Assembly (NCBI GenBank): GCA_013239625.1 | Contig: MU054212.1 | Coordinates: forward strand, 6,918,270 to 6,982,269 | Reading direction: 5' to 3' | DNA from: Lama guanicoe | Taxonomy: Eukaryota | DNA: 64,000 nucleotides | Part shown: positions 52,340-64,000 of the stretch, in pieces | How positions within the stretch are numbered: the first letter of the stretch is position 1 | Layout: the number at the start of each line of letters is the position of its first letter | Translations under genes and position numbers: made by a program | Notes under the pieces: generated by a model | Database searches by the model: none | The model's input: the letters and a program-made list of their open reading frames with translations, nothing else | Told to the model about the DNA's origin: nothing

Positions 52340-53465
52340 CTAAATATGATCAAAATGTTTAAAAGGGTTTTATTTATACAATATCAGAAAACATTTTAAG
52401 ACAACTGCTAATACAAAATAGGTTTTACTAATGTTACAACAAAGAGTAAAGTATTCATCACAAATTGAGTATTATAAAAAAAAAATGATGCTATCTAAGG
52501 CAAAATTAGTAATGAGACAAAGACCAGGAAATAAAATATAGAATTTCAGTTCAATTCAGCTTGTACGTTATAACCCTGAACTAAAATCTCAAACTAGGGA
52601 AACCAAAAATGAAAAACTATACATAGTTTTCCATTCTTCTTTTTAAAAACTATCAGTTTGTTCTTAATATTACTTTCCAGAATGAACATAACCAATTTTG
52701 AAAGCAAGATAGAAGTTTAAAGTTTACAAAATAATGTAAGATTCTCCTTGGCTAGAACAATTTTTTTTAAAATATTCCTTGAAAGTTAATGGGCAAAAAA
52801 TATGTGGAAAAGTATTTTTTTGTTACTTGGATAGAGTCTTAAACTCTTCATAGTTGTACCTTACAGTATCACACAACTGGATTTGGAAATAACTCAGAAA
52901 GTTCCTTCTGTTTTAGAATTACACCGTGGAACCCCTTATTTGAGAGGAGTTGGCTTGCCTCTGGACTGTCCTCCATATTCAAAAGAGATGCATAGCTTTG
53001 TAAAGAGCAATGGAGGTTCAGAAATGTTTCTAAAATCCCCCCTTTAATTAGTGAACTCATCATATTACAGGGTCTACAGAGACAATATAAAAAAACAAGT
53101 TAATAAGTCTCTCCTTTAACTCTTCCTTTTCTTGGTACAGAAACCCACCAAAATTATTCTCTCCTAAAGTAAAAAAGTAACTCCAAAGGAGGAAATAGGT
53201 GATAAAGAAAACAATAACTTTAATATATCACTTCACCTAAGGATATACCTACATCTAAAATCAATTTATACAATAATATATTTTTATAATTTAAAATAGA
53301 TTAGTTCTCTCTTCTAACATGTTAAGAGATACAGCAATTTTATCAATTTGTTAAATATTTAATTATAAATGAACCAAATTAAAAACACCTCTATAGATTG
53401 GAGAAAGAATATATTCCAGAAAAGAGTTCTACATTTCACCTTTTTCTGAAACTAACTGAAAATAA

Positions 53466-53490
53466 TGTGTGTGTGTGTGTGTGTGTGTGT
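53466..53490. repeat. Perfect (TG)12 microsatellite
   Basis: Direct count. Confidence 0.95.
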
Positions 53491-54389
53491 AGGAGGATGT
53501 GAGTTGGGAAAATAGTAAGGCATGAAGCTAAAGGGATAAACTATCAGATTATGTCGAATCTTCGAGGCGTTGTAAGAAAATTAGTGAAAGATGTTAAGCA
53601 AGGTGCTTACTTCAGAGGGTCACTCTGGCTGTAATGGGGATTGATTAGTTTGCATTTCTTTAAAATTCATTTATTCATCCCTTGAAGTTTTTTCATTATG
53701 AATATTATTGTAAGAGATAAGTCTATTGTTTAAGTGAATTAAAGCCCTGAACTTAGATAAATTAACACTGCATAAACAGAACTTGAGGATGTAAGGCCAA
53801 TAAAACTGTAGGCAGTAAATGAGACATTATAATAAAGTAGACTAGAAGTTTGAAGGTACAAGAGTAAAACAATTACATTTCTTTGAAAAGAAGGAGGAGA
53901 GTCCCTTGAAATTCTGAAACCTGTATTTCTATACAAAACCAACTCAACTTACTACTGTTGGACAAATCTGCACTCTCTATGAAGAAAACATCTGGACCTT
54001 CACTCTTGCCCATCAGGAAACTTTTCCAAACTCTTTTTTTTCCACCATGGCCCCAAATCTCTGCGACTCAGAGAGCAAGGTCAAATGACTGGTCACCAGA
54101 AGGGAAAGTACCTAGTACTTACTGGCTGGGCTGCCAATTTCAAATTCCACTGGACACAAAGCCACAGGGAGTGTTTCCAGCCAGATGCTCAAGGCCTTCC
54201 CTAGGCAATATCTCCTTCCTGAAATATGATCGGTGCACCAGGGCACTAGCAGAATGCTGGGAGGCTGACCTATCCTAGGAGAACTACTGAGTCCTTTTAT
54301 GACCTTCAAAACACCCTAGAACATGCTGAAGACTGATATAAGGTGAGCTCTGATGGCCACAGGTCTTAGGCCAGGCCATGCAACATCCT

Positions 54390-54730
54390 GTTGTCCCAGG
54401 CAGCATTCCCTGTAAAGTTGACTCCAAGGTGGTGTCTGGTGTGCAGGATTGTTGAGGGGTGTGCTTGGAATCCACTCCTGTTGGACTGGAGAGGGGACAG
54501 GAAGGGAAGAAAGGAAAAGGATGGCAGAGGAAGGAAGCAGAATCGGGCAGAAACCCAGGCTGAGCTGCAAAGTAACTCCAACAACAACCTCAGTCAGTTC
54601 CGTGCGGAGTCCCAGAGCAAGAATGGACCTTCCGCTTTGCTCCAAGCCAGGCCAAGGTGGCAAGGCTACCCCTGTACTTGTCAGCCGCTGGATGTGAGCT
54701 GCCCTAGGAAGGGGAATAACCTGAAGCAAA
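54390..54730 (-). mobile_element. ERVL LTR (LTR16-like)
   Basis: ggaagcagaatcgggcaga...tgagctgcaaag...cctcagtcagttccgtgcggagtcccagagc...ggatgtgagctgccctaggaagggg. Confidence 0.65.
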
Positions 54731-55562
54731 GTAAGTTAACTGATTCGTGACGTGGAATCTGGGCATTTACGTCTACTAAACGTCACGGGTCTCCTCAATA
54801 ATAAAACTGCCATCGGTGCCAGTAAGACTTGTGGCTGAGGAGTATGACCTGTCTACTAGGTAGAACAATCTTGTTGTAACTTTACAGTGAAATAGGTATT
54901 ACTGTCCCCTTTTGAAAGTGGGAAAATTGAGACAGATCATATGAATTGCCAAAACACAAAAAGCCAGCACATGTTGGGACCAGGATGCTAACCCATAAAA
55001 TCAGAGAGCCCAGGGACTTTATCTTATTGATTTAGCGTCTCAGTGACACCTTGATACACAGGACCCTTCAATGTGAGTGAAATATTTAGGGTAGAGCCTT
55101 TTGATGCTCATACGTCTCTGTCCTTGCAAAGCCTCCCTTTCTATGAGGCTTTCCAGGCAATCAGATTGTTGAATTCCTCAACTCCACTTCTATACCACAG
55201 GTGGAGGAATGGAACAGGGACTGTGTGTTAAAGAGGTGCCAATCTACTAGTGAAGCCAGAGTTGGTTCTGAAATGGAATCTGCCAGGAAAGGAAGATTTT
55301 AATTATGCAACATGAATTATGTAGCTGCTGAGCACAGCACCAGGATTAAATAGGTACAAATTACTGTAGACTTAACACAAGAACTAGAGTGCAGTCTTCT
55401 TATTAAAACACTGATCGCACCATCACTGAAAATGTTCAACGAGAGAGGCTGGAGAATGACAAAGAGCCCCAGTAGTTGTAAAGGATTTCCTGACTTAATC
55501 ATATAGGTACCACTTATAAGAAACTGCAGTATCCCAGGCAGTTTTCTAGTGTTGTATATTTA

Positions 55563-55693
55563 CAGGTAGCCCTCATCTTACAGGACGCCATGCTTACTGA
55601 AACATGCATATCGCAACCATGCTAAATGGGAACATGACTCAGATATGCACAAGTTTCAGCAAACTTGATGCCGTGCAAAGAAATGGCTGCCTG
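55563..55693. mobile_element. Palindromic TcMar-Tigger-like MITE (131 bp)
   Basis: CAG...CTG termini, a TA immediately upstream, and ~50-bp imperfect terminal inverted repeats. Confidence 0.7.
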
Positions 55694-56569
55694 AATGTGT
55701 GTGTACATGCACACACATTAAAGTTAATCACCATATCCATTTAGTGACACAGGTATAGCGATCCGCATTCAAAGATGAGAAAACCAAGGTCATGGAATTT
55801 GCCACATGACTAACATTCAACAAGTATCAATACTTAGGGCCGTCTGACAGTACAGCTTGGGCACACTCTACAGCACTTTGAAGCTAGCTCCCTTCTCTAC
55901 TGTCAGCTTCCATTATTTTGCCTGGCACTTAATATCCATTGAATGAACAATTTGTTGAACGAATGCATTAACAAATAACAAACACATTGCTTTTAGTCCC
56001 TAGGTTGGGGAATTAAACCATAAAATTTCTGGTTTTTTCAAATTCAAAAATAAGTCTTAAAGAATCTTTTTATATAATGAGAAAATTGAGATCCATTAAA
56101 ATATCATAATCACACAGATTCTCATTCAAAACAGCTTCCTGAGGATGGACAGTAAAACAAGGCCTACAAGATGTTTTCCCCAAGATGTGGGGAAACGGGT
56201 AAGGAGACAGGAAAGGCGGGGAGGTAAGTGACAATAAGAATGCAAAGAAGATGGCCTTTTTCAGGAGCACGGCCTGCAGCCCAACCTGGCCCAGACTTTT
56301 CAGTTTTTGAAATTGCCCATTCATTTTAAAGGAAATGAAATCCAGAAACATCACCATTTCGCAACTTTTATAATAATGGATTCAACCAAGAATCACCTTA
56401 ATTTATAAGTTCCGTTGGGTGAAAGATTTTGGAAACAAACACAGTTGCATATTTTTACACAATCCCTCAGTTGAGCACTTATTAATTACAGTAGGAAGAT
56501 GGATAAATTTCGGCTGTAACTTTACCCAAATGATTAAACTTGCTATGAATAGAAACCAGACAAACTTTC

Positions 56570-56879
56570 ACCATGTGTTTAATAATATGTTTCATGGACA
56601 CAATACTGTAACTTATGCAATACTCTTGTCAGAAGCATTAAACCTGAACCTAATCATGGGTAAACAAAAAGATAAATTCTTACTGAGAGAAATTCTGCAA
56701 ACTGGTTCAGACTCTTTTTAAAATGTTGATGTCATGAAAGACAAATTTAACAGAAAATGTAGGGGACACTGTAACATTGAAGGAGGCACCAAAGTTAGAA
56801 CAGATACGTGCAATGCATGGGGCTTGACTACATACAGTAACAGACTGAAGTAGAGAAACCTGCATGTGGACTGTATATT
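56570..56879 (+). mobile_element. L1MC4/L1ME-type 3' UTR fragment
   Basis: actcttgtcagaagcattaaacctgaacctaatcatg...ctttttaaaatgttgatgtcatgaaagacaaa...tgcaatgcatg. Confidence 0.65.
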
Positions 56880-57360
56880 TGTGCCAGTTACCGAATTATT
56901 GCCTCTTAGCTCTAAATCCACTCTTTTAACTCTAATTTGAGGTACTGGAGCTGGATCTTGGACGTAAAAGGCATTCTTCGGCCAGCTGCAGTAAAGTGAG
57001 ACTTATCAGGAGAGGGCATGGAGGGGCTTGCAAGGCAGCAGCAGGGGCTTCACATCCTTGTTTCCGTTCCAATCGTTTTCTCTTTCCTCCTGCAGAACTG
57101 CTGTCAGCTGGTCTGTGAGGAACCAAGAGTGTTCACCTTCCAGCAAGTTTCTCTACCCAGAAACTCCATTCAACCTCCATTTAACCTCCATCAAGCTTCT
57201 CTGCTTATGGACCAACCACTGAATTCAGCCACACTCTCTCCAATAAGGCCTTGCTCTGCGTGGTGGGAGGGCAGCTTCTCCCATGGCTGTCCCTTCTTTG
57301 GTACTTTCCCTCATCCCTGAGAGCTGTGGCTGCTCCCTACATTTGCTATTCCTACATGTT
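56880..57360 (+). mobile_element. ERVL LTR (LTR33/LTR41-like)
   Basis: tgtgccagttaccgaattattgcctcttagctctaaatccactctt...gtactggagctgg start. Confidence 0.65.
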
Positions 57361-57366
57361 TTAGAG

Positions 57367-57460
57367 CAGGGATCTACAAGCTTTCTCTGTAAAGGGCTGT
57401 TAGTAAATAATTTAGACTTTGGGGCCTTAAGGTCTCTGTCACAACTTCTCAATTCCGGTT
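57367..57460 (+). mobile_element. MER58-like hAT element, 5' part
   Basis: cagggatctacaagctttctctgtaaagggctgttagtaaataatttagactttggggccttaaggtctctgtcacaacttctcaattc. Confidence 0.75.
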
Positions 57461-58984
57461 TTGGAGAAAATAAGAATAAAAAGATATCAAAAGATCACTT
57501 TGAAGAGCTTGAAAAAAGCTGAGGGAAAGGCGTGGCAGCATCTCAGAGGTTGGGAGGAACCCACACTAATACATGGTCATCTTCGACCTGCTGTCTGGCT
57601 TTAGCAGCCAGAAACCAGAAGGTGGCAGCAGACAGCTATTCTACCAGGGCAAAGGACTGCTGAAGAAAAAGTGTGCAACAGTCAATCCCATGTGTCTGGA
57701 GCTTAAGGAGGAAAAGGGAGTGAATACTAAATATAAATAGATCTATGCTCAGAATCACGGAAGCAGCATCAGTTTGCATTCCAGTGACAGAAGGGCACTA
57801 AGAAAAAAGTTGGAGAACTCATTACATAAGGTCTGACATCAGGAAGGGAGAAACAGACTTTAAAATTAAGAATTAAAATAATAAAGCAAATTTTAGGATT
57901 TGTGCAAATACCTGTGGGCTGCACTGAATTAATGGGGCAGGCAGCTCTGGGTGTGCATTGCTAAGGCACTTTTTGGTGGTCAGGACTCTAATAAATTAAA
58001 GTCCAGGTGGCAGCTCAACCTGTTTCTATCTAAAAACAAACACAAAAGTGCCATTTTACCTTTCATTTATATGAAGGTATATATGGGGGTTTTGGTAGAA
58101 ATGTTTATAAATTACAAAAAAAAAACAAAATTAAAATAATCTGAATCCCCAACCCAGAGCTATACACTGTGACTTTTTGGTGAATTTCTTTTTAGGTCCA
58201 GGGATTAAAGTTATCTTTGGTAAAGTCAGTCTAGTAACATCTTTCCCAGCCACTAAAAAAATGGAAGTCCCATTACTTTTTCAGTTCAAAATTAAATGAA
58301 TTTGTAGTTTATCCTTGCACTTATATACTTAACCGTCTCCTTAGTATGAACAACCAAGCAGCAAAGATCAATTTTGGCCACGACTTGTACCAACTTTTGT
58401 TAAAAGCCAAGGATGGAATAAAAACTTATAACTGAATATAGACTATTAGTAATATCCTCTAGATTTAACTTAGTAGGCATAGATCTTCAAGAATCAAAGA
58501 GAATAAGTTACTAGAACACCCCTTTTATAATCATTTTAAAAATACAATCAGTCTTACTTGGAATTGTGATAGAAGCTATACAGTGCCCAAATCAAATCTT
58601 GCCTTCTTGAAGCTGTTTTATTCTGTTAATTGGAACAGTCTTCCTCTAAGTAAGCCTGGAGTGGCAGAAACTGTGTCCTCCAAGAAAGCTTTTTAGAGGA
58701 TTCTGAATTTTACTTTACTCAGATGAAAGACGTATGAATTTTGTCACAGAGATAAGCAAATAGTGGTTGAAGGGAGGGCCAAATTTTTTCTCCAAAATAG
58801 AGTTAGGGGTTGGTTAAACTATATGAAAAACAACTCAAGCAAAGTTATAAACTGTTAAACTGTAAAATTATAGACCATATTACTGTGGCCTACAACATTC
58901 TAAGGACATAAAACATTGCCTTTTTCTAGCATTAAAAATGACCCTTAAACACCAAGACAAATTAAAAAAAAATCATAAAATGTC

Positions 58985-59333
58985 TGCAGTCAGACCACAA
59001 TGGAATTAAACTAGAAATCAATAACAGAAATATAACTGGGAGATTCTACAATACGTAGAGACTAAGTGTATCTCAAAATAATACATGGTCAAGGAATAAA
59101 TCTCAAGAGAAATTTAAAACGATTATGAACTAAATGAAAATGAAGACGTAAGGTGGGTGATTACCATGTGTCCATGTAGGTCCATCAGTTTTACCAAATG
59201 CACCACTCCGGTGGGGATGTTGGTAACGGGTAAGGCTATGCATGTGGGAAAGCAGGAAGATATGGGAAATCTCTGTCCATCCCCTCAATTTTCTGTTACC
59301 TTAACACTGCCCTAAAAAACAAAGTCTTAAAAA
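58985..59333 (+). mobile_element. L1 ORF2 fragment joined to an L1MC-type 3' end
   Basis: cagaccacaatggaattaaactagaaatcaataac (SDHNGIKLEINN) to ~59150, then 3' UTR aaatgcaccactccggtggggatgttg...atatgggaaatctctgt...ctaaaaaacaaagtc. Confidence 0.8.
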
Positions 59334-61317
59334 TTATCCCTAATATGGTTATTTTGAATCTTTGAGTCTGACTGAATCTTTTGGTCAGAGTAAATGTGTA
59401 GTGAGTGTCTGACTGACTAGTTTATTCCAAGTCCAGAATCAGAATACCTTATCTCCAAAGCTACCTAAAAGCTATGCTACTTTGGGCAAACCACTTCACC
59501 CCAGAATGAGTGTATTAATGACAACCACACAGTATTACTAACGTATATAAGGGGTCCAGCGTATAACAGGCCTGCAGAAAACTCTGTCTTCCTTTCTACT
59601 ACCTTGCTTCTTTTCTATTGTTTCCACTTATCTCTATACCATTATTTTAACCTAGAATCAGAGTGTCTTGGTATTTTAGTTTTCCACCGAAATTCCAATA
59701 TATCCAAGCCAAAAAAAATCCTGCAGCTTGTACAGAAGCCTTCTACTGAAGTGTTGGAAAATACTTAACATCTGATGAAAGCTTTCAGATTTTTTTGTTA
59801 CAATATCACATTCTTCATACAACATTGGGTGGTTTCTGTTCACACCATAATTGAATACATACTACCCTTTTATTGATTTATCGCCCATCACTATTGGCTA
59901 ATTTTATCCTGGGACTTGGCTAATTGTGTCTTTTCTGAATAGATCAGTATTTGAGACTGAACGTATGGAAAAATTGGGATAAATCATCTGTAATAGCTAC
60001 AAAATTTCAGAAACTGCTAGATATCTTGATTGTTCAGGACTGCTTCTAGTTTAAGACTGCCTGTAACTTACTGGGCATTTTACAGATGGATTGGGAAAAA
60101 AACATAACTCAGAAATTCTAAGTCCATAAAAGATCATTTTTCAGATCTAGCTCAGAGGTGGTATTGCTGTAATTAATTTCTGGAAGACACACGTTAAGCA
60201 CTAATTTCGGGCCAGGATCAACAAACACACAAAATTTTCTTCAAGAAGAACATGATGCCCTTGACTCAGAAAATTATATAAATTTTCATTAGTCAATGAA
60301 AGCCAGTAGGGTCATTACAAAAGCAGAAACTACAAATATGAATTACTACAAACCTGAATTATCTAAGGATCATGTAGAAATCAATTTTTAATTCATTGCC
60401 ACTCTACATCATAGAAATTTAATGCTCTAAATGTTCAGCTCAAAGATTAACAAACATGTTTAGCAATGGGGAGTATTTCCTAAATGAAGTAATTTCTTTC
60501 TGTTGCTTCCTTCTAGTTATCTCTCAGCTACCACAGAGAAGGTAAAGGACGAAACGAACAATTTCTTCATTTCTGCTTGATATAGTCAGGGGGACACTTC
60601 ACTTTGAGCTGGCAAAGCAAATACAGTGGGGTCACATCAAATCTGCACTTCACCTACAAACTGCACGTTATGGTACCAGGAAAATTTTGAAAAAAAATAT
60701 TCAGTGCAACATCCTTCCTAATAAGTGAGTGCCTCGGATTAGTGAAGCAGTATGTCTGAAAATTAAAGCAGGTTGTTACAGCTTATGGGGAAAATCATAT
60801 GAATGATACCAAGGGTTTCCTGTCCATTGAAAAAAATTAAAACATTGTAAGCAGCCAAATCAGTGGATGATATATTCATTGTTATCTCAATGAAAAAAAC
60901 AAAATGATGGCCACAGAGAAACACAAGTAAATGAAAAATTAAATAAAATTTTAACTATAGTATTATTATATATGCTAAACCATATATATAATCACATGCC
61001 TTATATCTCTAAAACAATTTAGAGGTTAATTTTTACTACACATAATTTTTATCATACAAATTTCGGCACATGTAAGACATGAAAATCCCATTGAACAACC
61101 CATGGGAGGGGACACCCGCATAATACACCAAATCGACTGGACAGCTGGGCTGCCTCAGTACACAAACATTTACTGGCATACAATCCACAAGTCCTAAATT
61201 TAAACAGCACAAGAGAAAATCTTTACTGAAGATAGTACTATTACAGGGCTTGAACACAGAACATAGATTCTATATTTTACAGATACTTATATGATCATAA
61301 GTCTTTGATTAAAAAAA

Positions 61318-61503
61318 TAGATAAACAAGATCGTACTGTGTAGCACAGGGAAATATATACAGGATCTTGTGGTGGCTCACAGTGAAAGAGAATGTGACAA
61401 TAAATGTGTGTATGTTCATGCATAACTGAAAAATTGTGCTCTACACTGGAATTTGACACATTGTAAAATGACTATAACTCAATAAAAAAAATGCTTAAAA
61501 AAA
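61318..61503 (+). mobile_element. Young lineage-specific (camelid-type) L1 3' end
   Basis: aaacaagatcgtactgtgtagcacagggaaatatatacaggatcttgtggtggctcacag...ctgaaaaattgtgctctacactggaatttgacac...ctataactcaataaaaaaaa. Confidence 0.8.
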
Positions 61504-62110
61504 TGCCAGTGATGGACGAAATGTGTATGTGATGTGTGCTAGAGAGAGGTAGCCTGTTAAAGTGGCCCCCCAAGTGCAATAAAATGAATTTGATTTTGCT
61601 GGTCTCTGTGCCAAATGGGTGGCTGTTCATTGTATCTCTCACTTAGTAATGGATTTGAGGCCTATGAGGAGCTGATTCTGCAGCACTGTGGTCTATTAAT
61701 TGTCTGGTGCCCTGGAATCTAATAACCTGCACGTCTAATGTAGATATTCCTTTATCTTATATTGGTAAGGGTGCAAGCGCACTTCCCAGCATCCCTTCTT
61801 CCTATCAGAGACAGGAACTATCCTACGTTAGACATGTGGGATGAGACTGAACCAACTATCACACTTCCGGTGATCCAGGTAGTTTAAGGCTAGTGATGGC
61901 AAGAAGTAGACACAAGTGTTGATTAGCTACACTGAGCCTGATTTCTCTTCTGTTCAGGGTGGACCTCTGAAGAAAAGTGACTTTCTTATGATTTATCAGA
62001 AAGAATAATTTTTTTGAAAAGACTAATATGGCTTAAATTAAAATCTATCAATATTAAATCAATAAAATTCAGGTTCATTACTGTTTTTCATATCTAAGAA
62101 GAACACAAAC

Positions 62111-62294
62111 CTTGAATTTTCTTCTCACTTCTGTTATTTTCTGTTCTACTTCTTCTGTTTTAAATCTAGTTAGGTGGAAAATAGAACCAATGTTATAAGC
62201 GTCCTTGTATAGTTGTTTAAGAAAATCTTCATTTTTTGACCTCATTTTCAACAAAGATTGGATTTCAGTCTCAAATTCTGATTTTTTCCTTATA
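62111..62294 (-). CDS. CCDC178: CCDC178 internal coding exon (184 bp), first exon in window
   Basis: Minus strand reads ttttttacag|T ATA AGG...TTC AAG|gtttgt. It translates to IRKKSEFETEIQSLLKMRSKNEDFLKQLYKDAYNIGSIFHLTRFKTEEVEQKITEVRRKFK, matching my recall of mammalian CCDC178 (..YKEAYRIGTLFHLTKHKTDEMEDKIAEVRRKFK). Confidence 0.93.
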
Positions 62295-62727
62295 CTGTAA
62301 AAAATAAAGCAAAAGGATTGACATGATTATTCTAAAAGAGAATATATTTAGGCAAATATATTTAATAACAGTAAAAAGGAACAAGGTCATAGTTTAAGTT
62401 AACAAAAATACAAAATTACCAGAAACTTAATCAAAACTTAAACAGAGAAAATATGTCCCCAAAGATTATTTATATTTCTGCTTCTACTGATGGCCACCTC
62501 TAATTGTCAGGCTGTGCTCAATCTCAAGAGAATAAGCATATTAATAAGAAAGGCCTGGGGGGCACAAACGCTCAGATTTCAGACCATTCATTTCCTTCTG
62601 TATCAACCCATCCTTTCTAATCCTATATAAAATTACTACTAAGAATAATCAAATACAAGAAAAATTTAGTCCATAAAGAGAGACAAAACTCAACAAAAGA
62701 AAACTAATATCCTAAATAAAACTTTCA

Positions 62728-62903
62728 GAGGGGAGTGTATAGCTCACTGGTAGAGAGCATGCCTAGTATGCATGAGATCCTGGGTTCAATCCCCAATGCC
62801 TCCATTAAAAAAATAAATCAATAAATCTAAATACCTCCCTGCTAACACAACTTTTTAAAATAACAAATAAATAATTAAAATAATTTTTAAAAATAAATAA
62901 AAC
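62728..62903 (+). mobile_element. tRNA-Ala-derived SINE (camelid vic-1-like)
   Basis: Head gggagtgtatagctcactggtagagagcatgcctagtatgcatgagatcctgggttcaatccccaatgcctcca carries an A box (tagctcactgg) and a B box (ggttcaatcc). It has an AT-rich tail and TSD aaaactttca at 62718-62727 and 62904-62913. Confidence 0.85.
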
Positions 62904-63365
62904 AAAACTTTCAAAAAGAAAACCAATAGCTAGGGGAAAGAGTTAATAGAGGAGAAAAGTGAGACATTAATATCACTGTAAGATTCTCAAGAGAAATAAC
63001 TAGGCTCCATGGCAAATCATTCATTTCCTGGACAGACTAGGTACCACCTTTGTTCCAAGTACGTATCATTGACACATACAATCTAAAAAGAAAATACAGA
63101 AAAGATACAACTACACTCACAAATGATGTAATCATATCTGTAGAATAGAAACGGAATTGGGAAGCAAAGCAGGAGTTCATAAGAAGCAAGAAGTTGGATT
63201 CAGGTATTCCACCAGATAGGTTACGAGGGCAAGGTTCAATGCATGATGGCAGGGGTTTGTGTGAGCTGTACTTGTTGGTGGAAGAGCAAACTCACTGACG
63301 GGGCTTATAAGTTTATGGAAAGTTAGGGCACTGGGAAGAAAAGACCCAAGACCAAGAACTCAACC

Positions 63366-64000
63366 AATGGATAAAGAAGAAATCAGAAGGAAAATCAAAA
63401 AATACTTTGAAACAAATGAAAATGAAAACAAAACGTACCAACATTTATGGGATATAGGAAAAACAGCTTTAAGAGGGAAGTTTATACTGATAAATTCCTA
63501 CATTAATAGAAAAGAGAGATCTCAAATAAGCCACCTAACTTTAAACCTCAAGAGCTAGAAAAGTAAGAACAAACTAGGCCCGAAGTTAGGAGAAGGAAAG
63601 AAATAACATTAATCAGAGCAGAACCAAGTGAAATAAACCAAAAACAACAAAAAAGATCACCGAAAGAAAGAGGTGTTTTTCTTTAAAATATATAAACTTG
63701 ATAAACCTTTAGCTACACTAGCTAAGAAAAAAAGAATGAAGTCTCAAATAAATAAAATCAGAAATGAAAGGGATCATATTGCAACTGATACCACAGAGAC
63801 AGGATCAAAAAGATTATGAAAAATTATATGCCAAAAATTGGGTAACCTAAGAATGAATACATTCCTAGACACACATAATCTACTGAATCATGAAGAAACA
63901 GAAAATCTGAACAGAACAATAATAAGAAAATTGTATCTGTAATCAAAAACTCCCAGTGAAAAAAAGCTCGTGACCTGATGGTTTTACTAGCGAATTCTAC
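63366..64000 (+). mobile_element. L1 ORF2 fragment (disrupted), runs off window end
   Basis: ORF 63367..63558 (KEEIRRKIKKYFETNENENKTYQHLWDIGKTALRGKFI) is typical L1 ORF2 downstream of the endonuclease. Stops and frameshifts follow. Confidence 0.92.

Noticed and set aside
54284..54750. Cluster of overlapping ORFs on both strands (up to 137 aa)
   Set aside because: They lie over a GC-richer LTR16-like element where stop codons are rarer, and show no protein similarity I recognise.
62730..62804. Possible functional tRNA-Ala gene
   Set aside because: Stem and anticodon-region mismatches, an AT-rich tail and a TSD show it is a SINE head.
63367..63558. 63-aa ORF as a host gene
   Set aside because: It is a disrupted L1 ORF2 fragment.
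1..64000. Prokaryote-style system (CRISPR array, operon, defence island) or inserted foreign DNA
   Set aside because: No repeat-spacer arrays, long ORFs or abrupt compositional shifts were seen. The window is explained by a spliced mammalian gene plus eutherian repeats.

Overview
This is AT-rich, CpG-depleted mammalian genomic DNA, most likely from a camelid (alpaca/llama/camel). That assignment rests on a tRNA-Ala-derived SINE resembling vic-1 and on the form of the young L1 3' ends. The whole window lies inside one minus-strand gene, which I recognise as CCDC178 (C18orf34). Six consecutive internal coding exons (62294-62111, 52339-52277, 51144-50983, 49369-49256, 48010-47865, 44958-44799) have GT-AG boundaries and splice into an 829-nt reading frame with no stop codon. 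Positions 1-44798 appear to be a single very long intron with no further recognisable exon. The rest is the usual eutherian repeat landscape (L1, L2, MIR, MaLR/ERVL LTRs, an ERVL gag remnant, hAT and Tigger DNA elements, microsatellites) plus a few repeat-poor stretches that may be conserved enhancers. Apart from the ORF at 44781-44984, which contains the last exon, none of the supplied ORFs looks like a real gene. I found no evidence of a new biological system. The findings are modest: unusual retrotransposon structures, a candidate cassette exon and candidate regulatory sites. Repeat family names come from recall rather than a database search, and boundaries of old repeats are approximate.
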